Of a stretch of 64,000 bases of DNA, positions 39,427 through 48,260 are shown piece after piece; within the stretch, counting starts at the first letter, position 1, and each line of letters opens with the position of its first letter. The notes under the pieces are model-generated. The model saw only the letters and a program-made list of their open reading frames with translations, was not told where the DNA came from and ran no database searches. Source of the stretch: Acidobacteriota bacterium (lineage in GTDB: Bacteria; Acidobacteriota; CAIWXX01); NCBI GenBank assembly GCA_040755995.1, contig JBFMAF010000024.1, positions 160,001 through 224,000 on the forward strand, read 5' to 3'. A program made the translations under genes and the position numbers.

Positions 39427-40143
39427 ATGGATATCAGTCTGTTCCACATGACTGAGCACACACAAGTCCCGGGCCTGTTTCTGGGCCTCATCTCCTCGCT
39501 CCTCGTACTTGCTTGGGCGGTCTCCAGAGCCGTTCGCCAGCTGAGGTCCCGAACCGGTCCGTCTGATGTCGAATCATGGCCACTTACAGGCTTGTTGGCT
39601 ATGTCGACATCCGCAGCCTCTGCAATCGCCGACCTCCACTCCTGGCTCGCTGAGGTTGAAAAGTATGGGGTTCAACGGGACGTAGCGGCGATCGGATTGG
39701 CGCAGTCGCTGACCTTCCTGCTTTGGGGCCTGGTCTGCGCCGCCCTGGTCGCTTCAATGGGGGTGGCCGTTGCACGAGTGCAGGGACGGAGTAACGCGGT
39801 GCTGAACAGAACATCGGTGGCATCCCACCCCCTCCGACCGACTGCCATTCTTGGATCTCTCGTCCTACTCGCGGTAGTGGCTGATATTACGATCGCCCAT
39901 TGGGTGATTGCTGACTTCCGCATACCCACGATAGCCGGCGCACGACTTGTCTCAGCGTATGGAACCATCGGCCTCATATTCCTGTCGGGTGTCCTCGGTG
40001 CCATGTGCTGGTGTGGGATGAGCAAGTGGCCCACAGCTCACGGGCAAGTTACCAACGGGCGTCTGACCCGCTTGTTGACCGCGATTGCTGCTGTTGCATT
40101 CGCGCTGGCTGTCTACGTTTTCATTACCGTCGGCGGTGTGTAA
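39427..40143 (+). CDS. Multi-TM membrane protein, putative immunity protein
   Basis: AAGGAG RBS; about 6 hydrophobic segments; lies downstream of orphan tip 1. Confidence 0.65.
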   Translation: MDISLFHMTEHTQVPGLFLGLISSLLVLAWAVSRAVRQLRSRTGPSDVESWPLTGLLAMSTSAASAIADLHSWLAEVEKYGVQRDVAAIGLAQSLTFLLWGLVCAALVASMGVAVARVQGRSNAVLNRTSVASHPLRPTAILGSLVLLAVVADITIAHWVIADFRIPTIAGARLVSAYGTIGLIFLSGVLGAMCWCGMSKWPTAHGQVTNGRLTRLLTAIAAVAFALAVYVFITVGGV

Positions 40144-40200
40144 GGGATACTCACGAGGCACGGGGCAAGCGTGACCCATGGCCCATATGTATGGTGCTCG

Positions 40201-40869
40201 GGATACCACGCAGCGCACCGAGCTGGACTACACGTATGTTTAGCCGATGGCCCAGGCACGATCCGCAACACGGTCACGAAACGCTGCTACCTGCCCACCC
40301 AGCCCACCGCCTACGCCTACGACTCCTTCGGCCAACCCACCGCGAGCACCACGCTCCCCACGGCCGCCCCCGCCTACGCCTTTACCGGCCGCGAGTGGGA
40401 CGCCGAAAGCGAAACCTACTTCTATCGGGCGCGTCACTATGACGCGAGAACGGGGAGGTTCACCGGAGAGGATCCACTTCCGGATGTCAATCTCTATGCA
40501 TATGTGAAGAACAACCCGGTCAAGTACATCGATCCATATGGTATGAGCGACTGCGCTCTTGAGTTCAGGAACTGCCTTTCCGATGCCAACGCAGCCTTTT
40601 CGGCGTGCATGGAAGGAGCACGCAGGGGATTCTTGATATGCTCCTTTGCAGCGGTGCTCATGTGTTCGACGCTGGGCCCAGAAGCGTTCCCGCTGTGCTT
40701 TAAGCTAGCCGAGGGCGCATGCATTGTAGGCTATACAGCCACTGTGGCGTTCTGTGGTGTCAAATTGGTCACAGACAACGCGATTTGCCTGGCGAACTAC
40801 ATCAAATGCCGTTATGAGGAGAAGCACGGGAAGTGCGAGATCAAGCAGCGCAGGGGCGGTAAGGCATGA
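40201..40869 (+). pseudogene. Orphan Rhs module 2 with cysteine-ladder tip
   Basis: Core copy with a 1-nt deletion near 40240, NNPVKYIDPYGM, then an 11-Cys tip. Confidence 0.85.
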
Positions 40870-40973
40870 GGCCAACCGCGCAGCAATCTGCCAGAGCCCG
40901 CCTGACTGCTATCGGGGCGAGCATGAGAGCTTTTGGGGTCCGGGACCACTGCCAGCGAGAGGAGTCATAAGAG

Positions 40974-41381
40974 ATGAAGATCCCGCAAAAGAGACTCTTC
41001 CTACTAATAGGATTCTTATGTGCAATCCTCGGATACGGCGTTGTGGCGCCGTTGATCCACTCGGGCTCCCTCTCGCCCCACGGAGAGGCCATTTTCGATC
41101 TGCTGCTACTGCTGGTTGTGTCGTGCCTTACCACGAGGTCACAGAAGGGCGTCATTTGCATTGTCATGGCGTGCATTGTCATCTACACCTATCAAGCGGT
41201 GGAGAGCCTCCTGCTTCCCCATTTCCCAAGCCTCGGCGTAGCGCTGCTGGGGTTGCTATCGGTCTTGGCAGGCGTCTTGATCGCGACGGGGGCCATCCAG
41301 ATACTGCTTGAAGTCGTCAGGATCATCAAAGGCCGTGGGGGCCCTCCTTTCGGGTCAACCCTGTCGGGCCCGCGCGTGTAA
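40974..41381 (+). CDS. Four-TM membrane protein, putative immunity protein
   Basis: GAGGAG RBS; four hydrophobic helices; downstream of orphan tip 2. Confidence 0.65.
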   Translation: MKIPQKRLFLLIGFLCAILGYGVVAPLIHSGSLSPHGEAIFDLLLLLVVSCLTTRSQKGVICIVMACIVIYTYQAVESLLLPHFPSLGVALLGLLSVLAGVLIATGAIQILLEVVRIIKGRGGPPFGSTLSGPRV

Positions 41382-41422
41382 CCTGCATTCTGACAGGAGT
41401 AGCTGGTGACAGCGGGGTCAGA

Positions 41423-41713
41423 TCATGCCTGGTATGACCTTGGTCTGGGACGAGTGGTGGCCAGCGGAAGCTGCGTTGGCCTACCGGCCAGCGCTCTTTG
41501 GGATTCTTGAGGATCGACGAAGTCGGTCGTCTGATTCTTGGCGATGACGGCGTAGATGAGTTCGACCACCATCTCATGGTGGTGGCGGTGTAGTTGATCC
41601 ATCCTTCGGAGTCGTTCGAGTAACAAGACGCTCTTCACCGGCGGTTCTGGGTCGGCATCGGGCTTCCCGCGCAGCAGCGTGTCCACCGATACGCGAAGCT
41701 GCTCGACAAGCAC
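41423..41713 (-). pseudogene. XRE-family HTH regulator, C-terminal fragment
   Basis: LVEQLRVSVDTLL resembles the last HTH_3 helices, followed by a helical tail; N-terminus absent. Confidence 0.5.
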
Positions 41714-41769
41714 CGCATCCGGCGCGTCGTCCTGGCGCGCTGATCGAGAGCTCGAGCGCGAGCGGCTCC

Positions 41770-41960
41770 AGATGAAAGTGCGCGGCCGCTATCCTGAAGC
41801 GTGCCAGGCGCGCGGGCTCGCCCCGAGAACGCTCGAAATGCGCCCGCCAGTACCTGCGACCACTCGCGCATCGACACAACCGAAATCTACACGCAGGTCG
41901 ATGTCTCCGACCTCTCCGACGTCCTCGCACGCACGCATCCGCGCTGCAGACCGCAGCACT
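41770..41960 (+). pseudogene. Tyrosine recombinase (XerC/D-like) remnant, internally deleted
   Basis: N-terminal-like RYPEACQARGLAPRTLEMR fused to C-terminal box HSRIDTTEIYTQV...HPR. Confidence 0.7.
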
Positions 41961-42328
41961 CATGGCAGCGAAAGAAAAAGCGGCAGGCGCTTGCCGAGGC
42001 ATCCGGAGCCGCGTATACTCGGCTCATCAGCAGCTGCAGGAGAGGCCAGGAGATGAGCTCCACATCGAGGATTGCTCATTCCTTCGCTGCGACCTCCGGA
42101 GGAGCGCTGCTTCCCAGTGGCGTCGGCAAGCGCGCCAGGGCTGGGGATCGCACCGAAGCTGGTGCCGCTTCATCTTCTTCTTTCGCTGCTCGCAGCGCTG
42201 TCTATGCCGCAGTGCGTCAGTCAGCAGAATCAACGACTTCGCCCGCAGCGCCGGGCGCTGCCGGCACCGTTCGTCCGAGCCAAGTGGTTGATTCTACGCT
42301 GTCGTGCGAGGCGGGAAGTTGCCTGCAG

Positions 42329-42685
42329 CATCTAAATCGCGCACGTTGTTATTCCGCCGTCAAAGGGCGCTAACTGTCGGAGGATCCTCTCGGATCCGGA
42401 GCCTGAGCATCGCTCTACCCCTATGCATCGAACAGCCCAACCAACATGCATGACCCATTTGGCCTCACCTCGCTTATCTTTGATCTTTCAAGTGGGAAAA
42501 TCCATGTCGATCCCGAGCGAGCGGGCATGGACAGCTACGCGCTGGACGCAACCTCGGGCAAAGGGGCTTGCATGAACAACAAGAAGTGCGTGGCAAACCG
42601 GAACGAAGCCCCGATGCCACCTGGTCACTACGTTGCGGACACGACGAACTTCGTTGAAAGTTTCCTACAGCTGGGATGCAAATGA
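42329..42685 (+). pseudogene. Orphan Rhs module 3, decayed, with truncated DUF2778/Tlde1-like tip
   Basis: NRARCYS...GR*LSEDP...*...LYPYASNSPTNMHDPFGL (stops at 42371 and 42404); tip ATSGKGACMNN..C...PMPPGHY. Confidence 0.7.
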
Positions 42686-42775
42686 CCAACCGGTGTCTGA
42701 TGCGCTTGTTGATCGCAATCGCCGCTGTCGCTGGCACTGTCGCCGTCTACGTTTTCCTTACGCTCGATGGCCTGT
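42661..42775 (+). pseudogene. 3' fragment of a paralog of the 39427-40143 membrane gene
   Basis: PTAGMQMTNRCLMRLLIAIAAVAGTVAVYVFLT versus PTAHGQVTNGRLTRLLTAIAAVAFALAVYVFIT. Confidence 0.7.
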
Positions 42776-43029
42776 GGAGGATCGGCCACAGAACGGGATA
42801 GGCACGGGAACTCCGGGAGCTTCTCCCGAGACTTCGAATGATGTTCTTCGAGGACTATGGTGACGGGAACATGATGTCGGCCTATTCTGGACGCACGAGG
42901 GAGCTTGCTGCGAGAGGCTGGGCGGATCGTTGACCATTCCTCGGGAAGGGTGACCTTCGCTCGACCGAGCCTCTCTCCACGGGTACGCCCGCAGCGCGTG
43001 GCGGGCGAGCCGCCGTCAATGGCGGGCAA

Positions 43030-45021
43030 CTACTGCTGCCGATCCCCCTTGATCCTCTCGGCCAGCTGGGCCAGGAAGTCCGGATGGACCTTGAAGCCGA
43101 GGGACTTCGCTCGCTGAGCATGCTGCCAGGCGTCGGCGTACCGGCCGCGCCTGAAGTAGAGCACTGCCAGGTTGTTGTGGAATAGCGCACAGTCTGGGTC
43201 GGCCCCAACCGCGCGGCCGTAAGTTTCGATCGCGCGGTCCTGGTCGCCGATCTGCATGTACAAGGCCCCGAGATTCGTATAAGCGTCCCTGTTCCTCGGC
43301 TCGATGGCGAGCGATTTCTCGCACTGCTCGATCGCGTCGTTCGTACGTCCGGCCGCTGCGTAGGCCACTCCAAGGTTGCTGTATGCCGTAGCCGCACTCG
43401 GATCGAGCTCGATCGACTCCTTCGCCGCCGCAATGGCCTCGTCGATACGCCGCTGCTGCAGCATCGCCGTGCTTAGATTCACGCAGCTCTTCGCGGACCG
43501 GTACCCGAGCTGGTGTGCGTGCAGTATACGCTCGGCTGCCTGGGCCGGAGCCCCGTCGAGCAGATCGCAGTATCCCAGCGCAGCATGCGCCTCGCCGAGC
43601 TGCGGATTCAACGCGACCGCCTTCTCAAAGCACGCCCTCGCCTTCTTGCCCTGTCCGGCATCCAGGTAGCAGTTCCCCAGATTGAAGCTCGCCTTGTCTT
43701 GCTGGTCGTCCAACGATAGGGCCAGCTCGTACTCCCGCATCGCATCTTCCAGCCGGCCCTGCTTGTAAAGCACACCGCCCTTGACGTTATGGGCGGCGGC
43801 AAGCGCCGGGTTGAGCGCGATGGCCTTCTCGATCTCGGTGGCTGCCCTGAGCAGGTCGTTCTTTCTTGCGTAGGTCTCAGCGAGATTGCTATGAGCCAGG
43901 GCGAACTGGGGAGCCTCCGCGACGGCGGCTGCGAGCTCGCCCTCAGCCTTCTCCACCTCGTTTCTCCTCAAGTATATCTCTCCCAGATTGCAGCGGGCCG
44001 CAGCGTAGTTCGGCTTCAGCTCGATGGACCTCTGGTAGGCTGCAACCGCGTCGTCCAGTCTCCCGAGCTTGGCGTACGCTATGCCCAGGTTGTAGTACAC
44101 TTGAGGTTGCAGGGGCCTCCGGCCGAGTATCTCCTTGTAGATCAATACTGCCTCCTCGACATGCCCCGTCCGCCGCTCGATGATGGCCAGCACGTTCCTG
44201 GCTTCCAGGTTGTCCGGTGCGAGATAGGCGGCCTTGAGACACTCGCGGCGCGCATCCTGGTATCTCCGCAGCTCGAGGTAGACCTGGCTGAGCTGAAGAC
44301 CGGCGTCTTCCGGAGCGTTATGACGCTTCGTCCACGCGTGAGCGGCCGGGCCGAAGTATGACTTCACGGTCGATGGGTCGATCGAGTCGCTCACCTTCTG
44401 GTAAACCTTGGCAAGCTCAGCCAGGCGTTCGCTCGCAACCTGCGACTCCGGTGTGTTGAACTTCCGTTCGCGATTGAGCGAGATGATCTTCGACGTGATC
44501 TCGTCGAAGGACGTGCCCCGCCCCAGGATGTCCATCAGAGATGTCCGATCGAACAGGTGAACAGCGCCGAATACGTGGGCCATCTCGTGTCTCAAGTATC
44601 CGATCATCTCCGCCGTGTTCGCTTGTCTTACAGCGATCACGGCAGGCTCGGAGAGCGAGCATCCACGCAGCGTGTCCTTCAATCCGCGCTGCGCAGTGAA
44701 GACAACCAGCACCTCGAACTCCGCGCGTCCCGCCATCTGGTCGGCTCTCTCGGCCAGCAGGTCCAGCGAATCGAGATCGTCGGGGGATTGCCATTCCGCC
44801 TGGCGCGCGACGCGGAACTCGATGTGGAAAAGGCGACCGAACTCCCTGGACACTGCATCAATCACCTTGTCAACGCGTGGGCTCCAGCCATTGTCGTCCC
44901 GGAACTCCTCGTCCGCCAGCACCCCGAGGGCTATCTGCCGGTTACTCGATGATGCATGCGATACGAGAGCCGCCGATGCCAAGACAAGCGGCAGCATCGC
45001 AAGCGCCCTCGCCCCTTGCAT
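43030..45021 (-). CDS. Exported metzincin-type zinc metallopeptidase with long TPR array
   Basis: AGGAGG RBS, signal peptide, HEMAHVFGAVH with SLMD Met-turn, more than 10 TPRs; 3' end duplicated at 28371-28416. Confidence 0.88.
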   Translation of the reverse strand: MQGARALAMLPLVLASAALVSHASSSNRQIALGVLADEEFRDDNGWSPRVDKVIDAVSREFGRLFHIEFRVARQAEWQSPDDLDSLDLLAERADQMAGRAEFEVLVVFTAQRGLKDTLRGCSLSEPAVIAVRQANTAEMIGYLRHEMAHVFGAVHLFDRTSLMDILGRGTSFDEITSKIISLNRERKFNTPESQVASERLAELAKVYQKVSDSIDPSTVKSYFGPAAHAWTKRHNAPEDAGLQLSQVYLELRRYQDARRECLKAAYLAPDNLEARNVLAIIERRTGHVEEAVLIYKEILGRRPLQPQVYYNLGIAYAKLGRLDDAVAAYQRSIELKPNYAAARCNLGEIYLRRNEVEKAEGELAAAVAEAPQFALAHSNLAETYARKNDLLRAATEIEKAIALNPALAAAHNVKGGVLYKQGRLEDAMREYELALSLDDQQDKASFNLGNCYLDAGQGKKARACFEKAVALNPQLGEAHAALGYCDLLDGAPAQAAERILHAHQLGYRSAKSCVNLSTAMLQQRRIDEAIAAAKESIELDPSAATAYSNLGVAYAAAGRTNDAIEQCEKSLAIEPRNRDAYTNLGALYMQIGDQDRAIETYGRAVGADPDCALFHNNLAVLYFRRGRYADAWQHAQRAKSLGFKVHPDFLAQLAERIKGDRQQ

Positions 45022-45124
45022 GGCTCCTCCTCTTTGGCCCATTATAACCGCCCACACACCAGCCTTCCACCCTCGCCGCCGCCCAGAAGTACTGATCCCA
45101 TTAGCATGATCCAATTTCGTTGAA

Positions 45125-45224
45125 TGGACCGGTCCACTTTCTGACATCTGGATCTTGACTTCATTAGTACATTGACTTAGATTGAACATGGAGCCGGCCA
45201 ATGGTGATTGGCTGGTCAGCCAAT
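45125..45224 (+). promoter_or_regulatory. sigma70 promoter flanked by palindromic operators (putative MocR-family sites)
   Basis: TTGACT-N17-TAGATT (45155-45183); TGGACCGGTCCA (45125-45136); ATTGGCTG-GT-CAGCCAAT (45207-45224). Confidence 0.6.
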
Positions 45225-45242
45225 TGAGACTTCGAAGGCGGC

Positions 45243-46745
45243 ATGAACATTCAGATTGACCGGGAGAGCCGGGTCCCGGTGTATCAGCAGATCAGCGGCA
45301 AGATCAAGGAGATGGTGCTGTCGGGGCGCATGCCGCCGGGGTATCGTCTGCCTCCTGAGCGGCGGCTCGCCGCGGCGCTGAAGGTGAATCGCAGCACGAT
45401 CCTGAACGCCTATCGCGAGCTCAAGGCCGGCGGGCTCGTGGACGCGCACGTCGGCCGCGGCACGGCCGTGGTTGCGCGACGCTTCGCCGGCGCCGAGCCC
45501 CAGAGAGCTCAAGTACTGCCGTGGCGGCAGTTCGCGAGGGCGGGCGTCTCGCGGGAAGATGATCCGCTGCTAAGGGATCTCCTGGAGCTCACCGAGCGCC
45601 GGGACCTGGTGTCGCTTTCCGTCGGCCTGCCTGCGCCCGAGCTCCTGCCGCTCGACACCGTGCGCGACATTCTGGGTCGGATCCTGGCTGATGTGGGTCC
45701 GCCGAGCCTGCTGCACTGTCCCACCGAAGGGCTCACCGTTCTGCGCGAAGCAGTCAGCCGGCAGATGGCATCGAGAGGTGTTCAGTGTGGCGCGCCCGAC
45801 GTGCTCATCACCTCGGGCTCGCAGCAGGGGCTGGACCTGATGGCCCGCATCCTGATCGATCCCGGAGACATGGTGGTTGTCGAGGAGCCGTCGTTTTTCG
45901 TTGCACTCCAGGTCTTTCGTTCCGCAGGAGCGCGACTCATCGGCGTGCCCGTGGACCAGGATGGAATTCGGACGGACGTGCTGGAATCGATCTTTTCTCG
46001 ATTTCACCCCAAGCTGGTCTACACGCTGCCGACGTTCCAGAACCCGAGCGGGGCCGTCATGAGCCTCGACCGCCGCCGCCACCTGCTCGCGATCGCGTAC
46101 CGCTACCAGATCCCGATCCTCGAAGATGATCCATACCACGACTTGCGGTACGACGGCGAGCCGCTCCCACCGCTCAAGGCGCTCGACATGTATGGCCACG
46201 TTGCCTACCTGAGCTCGTTCTCGAAGGTGCTCTTCCCTGGACTCAGGCTGGGATGGCTCGTAGCCCAACGCCCCGTCATCCGGCAGCTCGCGCTGGCCAA
46301 GCAGAGCCTGGATCTGCATTCCAACACGTTGGGCCAGCATCTGGTGCAGCGGTTCCTGGACGATGGTCACTACGACGATCACTTACGCCGGGTGCGCCCG
46401 GTCTACGCACGGCGCCGGGACGCGATGGACACGGTGCTTCGAGCGAACGCTCGCGATCATATGACCTGGAGGCGCCCGGACGGCGGGTTCTATTTCTGGT
46501 GCCAGCTACCGCCGTCCGTTTCGCTGGCTCGACTGCTGGCCGAGGCTGCCGAGGAGAAGGTGTCGTTCTTGCCAGGTGGAGCCTGTTTTGCGGGCGAGCC
46601 CGCCGAGCCTCATATCCGGCTCAATTTCAGTTTTCCGAGCGAGGAACAGATCGGGGACGGTGTGTTGGCGCTCATGCGCGCGATGCGACGAGCGATCGAT
46701 GAACCTGCACGGGGCAGGCACAGGGGCACGCCGCCGATTGTCTGA
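45243..46745 (+). CDS. MocR/GabR-family PLP-dependent transcriptional regulator
   Basis: GntR HTH (LPPERRLA...VNRSTI...GRGT) plus class I aminotransferase domain (FQNPSG, EDDPY, SFSK, GLRLGW). Confidence 0.95.
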   Translation: MNIQIDRESRVPVYQQISGKIKEMVLSGRMPPGYRLPPERRLAAALKVNRSTILNAYRELKAGGLVDAHVGRGTAVVARRFAGAEPQRAQVLPWRQFARAGVSREDDPLLRDLLELTERRDLVSLSVGLPAPELLPLDTVRDILGRILADVGPPSLLHCPTEGLTVLREAVSRQMASRGVQCGAPDVLITSGSQQGLDLMARILIDPGDMVVVEEPSFFVALQVFRSAGARLIGVPVDQDGIRTDVLESIFSRFHPKLVYTLPTFQNPSGAVMSLDRRRHLLAIAYRYQIPILEDDPYHDLRYDGEPLPPLKALDMYGHVAYLSSFSKVLFPGLRLGWLVAQRPVIRQLALAKQSLDLHSNTLGQHLVQRFLDDGHYDDHLRRVRPVYARRRDAMDTVLRANARDHMTWRRPDGGFYFWCQLPPSVSLARLLAEAAEEKVSFLPGGACFAGEPAEPHIRLNFSFPSEEQIGDGVLALMRAMRRAIDEPARGRHRGTPPIV

Positions 46746-46768
46746 GAGGATTGAAAGGAGAGACCGCC

Positions 46769-48016
46769 ATGGTGATGGAGCTTGCGAGACGCGTGAAGGG
46801 GCTGAAGGCTTCCGACATCCGCGAAATACTGAAGCTGACGCAGCAGCCCGAGATGATCTCATTCGCCGGCGGGCTGCCGGCGCCGGAGCTGTTCCCGGCC
46901 GAGCAGATGAAGGAGGCCGCGATACGAGTCCTGGAGACCGCGGGCGCACAGGCTCTTCAGTACTCGAACAGCGAAGGGTATCTGCCGTTGCGGGAGAAGA
47001 TCGCGACCCGGATGCGGTCGAAGTTGTGGATCCGGGCATCGGCCTCCGAGATCCTCGTCACGGTCGGCTCGCAGCAGGGCCTCGACCTCTCCGGCAAGCT
47101 GTTCCTCGACGAGGGCGACATGCTGTTCTGCGAGAGCCCCACCTACGTCGGCGCCATCAACGCATTTCAGGTATTTCGGCCGCGCTTCGTGGAGGTGCCG
47201 ACCGATGAGGAGGGGATGGTGATCGCGGAGCTGGAGGCGCTGATAGCCAGGCATGGAAGGCCCAAGTTCATCTACGTGATCCCGGATTTCCAGAACCCAT
47301 CGGGCCGTACGTGGTCGCTCGACCGGCGCCGTCAATTCATCGATTTCATCGGGCGCAATCAGATCCCGGTGGTGGAGGACTGTCCGTACGCCGAGCTGCG
47401 TTACGACGGAACGCCGCTACCTCCACTCAAGGCGCTCGACACCCATGGGCTGGTCATCTTCCTCGGGACTTTTTCGAAAATACTCTCGCCCGGCTTGCGC
47501 ATCGGCTGGCTGTACGCATCGCGCGCGCTGTTCGACAAGCTCGTCGTGATGAAGCAGAGCGGAGACCTGCACAGCTCCACACTCTCGCAGATGCAGATCG
47601 CCGCCTATCTCGACATGTGCGACATCGAGAAGCACATCGAGACGCTCTGCCGTGTCTACCGCCAGAGGCGTGACGCGATGATCCGGACGTTGGAAGCGAC
47701 GATGCCGGAGAGCGTCGAGTTCACGCGGCCCGGGGGCGGGCTGTTCTCGTGGGTGGAGCTCCCCCAAGGGCTAAACGCGCGCGTTCTGCTCCGCAGTTGC
47801 CTCGAACGCAACGTCGCGTTCGTCCCCGGAGGCGGCTTCTTTCCGAACGGCGGCCATGAGCACGCAATGCGGCTCAACTTCTCCAACATGCCTCCCGCCC
47901 GCATCGAGGAGGGCATTGCACGCCTGGCCGACACGGTGCAGGAGGCACTCGAAGCAAGAGCGGCCGCGAGAGACGAACCGACCACTCTCGCACGGGCTGC
48001 CGCAGCGGCCCGCTAG
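46769..48016 (+). CDS. Class I PLP-dependent aminotransferase (LysN/2-aminoadipate transaminase-like)
   Basis: SDIREILK, ISFAGGLP, FQNPSG, GTFSK, PGLRIGW and RLNFS motifs. Confidence 0.92.
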   Translation: MVMELARRVKGLKASDIREILKLTQQPEMISFAGGLPAPELFPAEQMKEAAIRVLETAGAQALQYSNSEGYLPLREKIATRMRSKLWIRASASEILVTVGSQQGLDLSGKLFLDEGDMLFCESPTYVGAINAFQVFRPRFVEVPTDEEGMVIAELEALIARHGRPKFIYVIPDFQNPSGRTWSLDRRRQFIDFIGRNQIPVVEDCPYAELRYDGTPLPPLKALDTHGLVIFLGTFSKILSPGLRIGWLYASRALFDKLVVMKQSGDLHSSTLSQMQIAAYLDMCDIEKHIETLCRVYRQRRDAMIRTLEATMPESVEFTRPGGGLFSWVELPQGLNARVLLRSCLERNVAFVPGGGFFPNGGHEHAMRLNFSNMPPARIEEGIARLADTVQEALEARAAARDEPTTLARAAAAAR

Positions 48017-48260
48017 ACGATGGGATCGTTCCCTGTCGGGTACGCGAACGGGTACGGGCACGATCCGTGGGCACTGTCGAGATCGCTCGCACATGCGGCT
48101 GACCCCCGGGACGCGGCGGCCCATGGGCCAGGGCCGCCGCCCGGAGCCCGGTAGGCACCCCATCCACCACGCCGGGTTGACTCCGCTTCCTGAAACATAG
48201 AAGCTGTAGCCGGCTTGCGCGGTTTGGCGCGGCAGCCACTCGTGAATCTGGAGGCTGTGG

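Larger units (their letters stand above)
28371..43078. mobile_element. Decayed genomic island carrying an Rhs polymorphic toxin locus
   Basis: Bounded by the direct repeat; contains Rhs modules and relics of a primase, IS110, XRE regulator and tyrosine recombinase. Confidence 0.7.

Noticed and set aside
33919..40443. Repeated Rhs core segments as a DGR template/variable repeat pair
   Set aside because: No reverse transcriptase is present, and the differences inspected are mostly synonymous rather than adenine-specific. Orphan Rhs modules explain them.
42371..42406. In-frame stops as programmed read-through or selenocysteine
   Set aside because: One is TAA, the surrounding core motifs are also degraded and the tip is truncated, which fits pseudogene decay.
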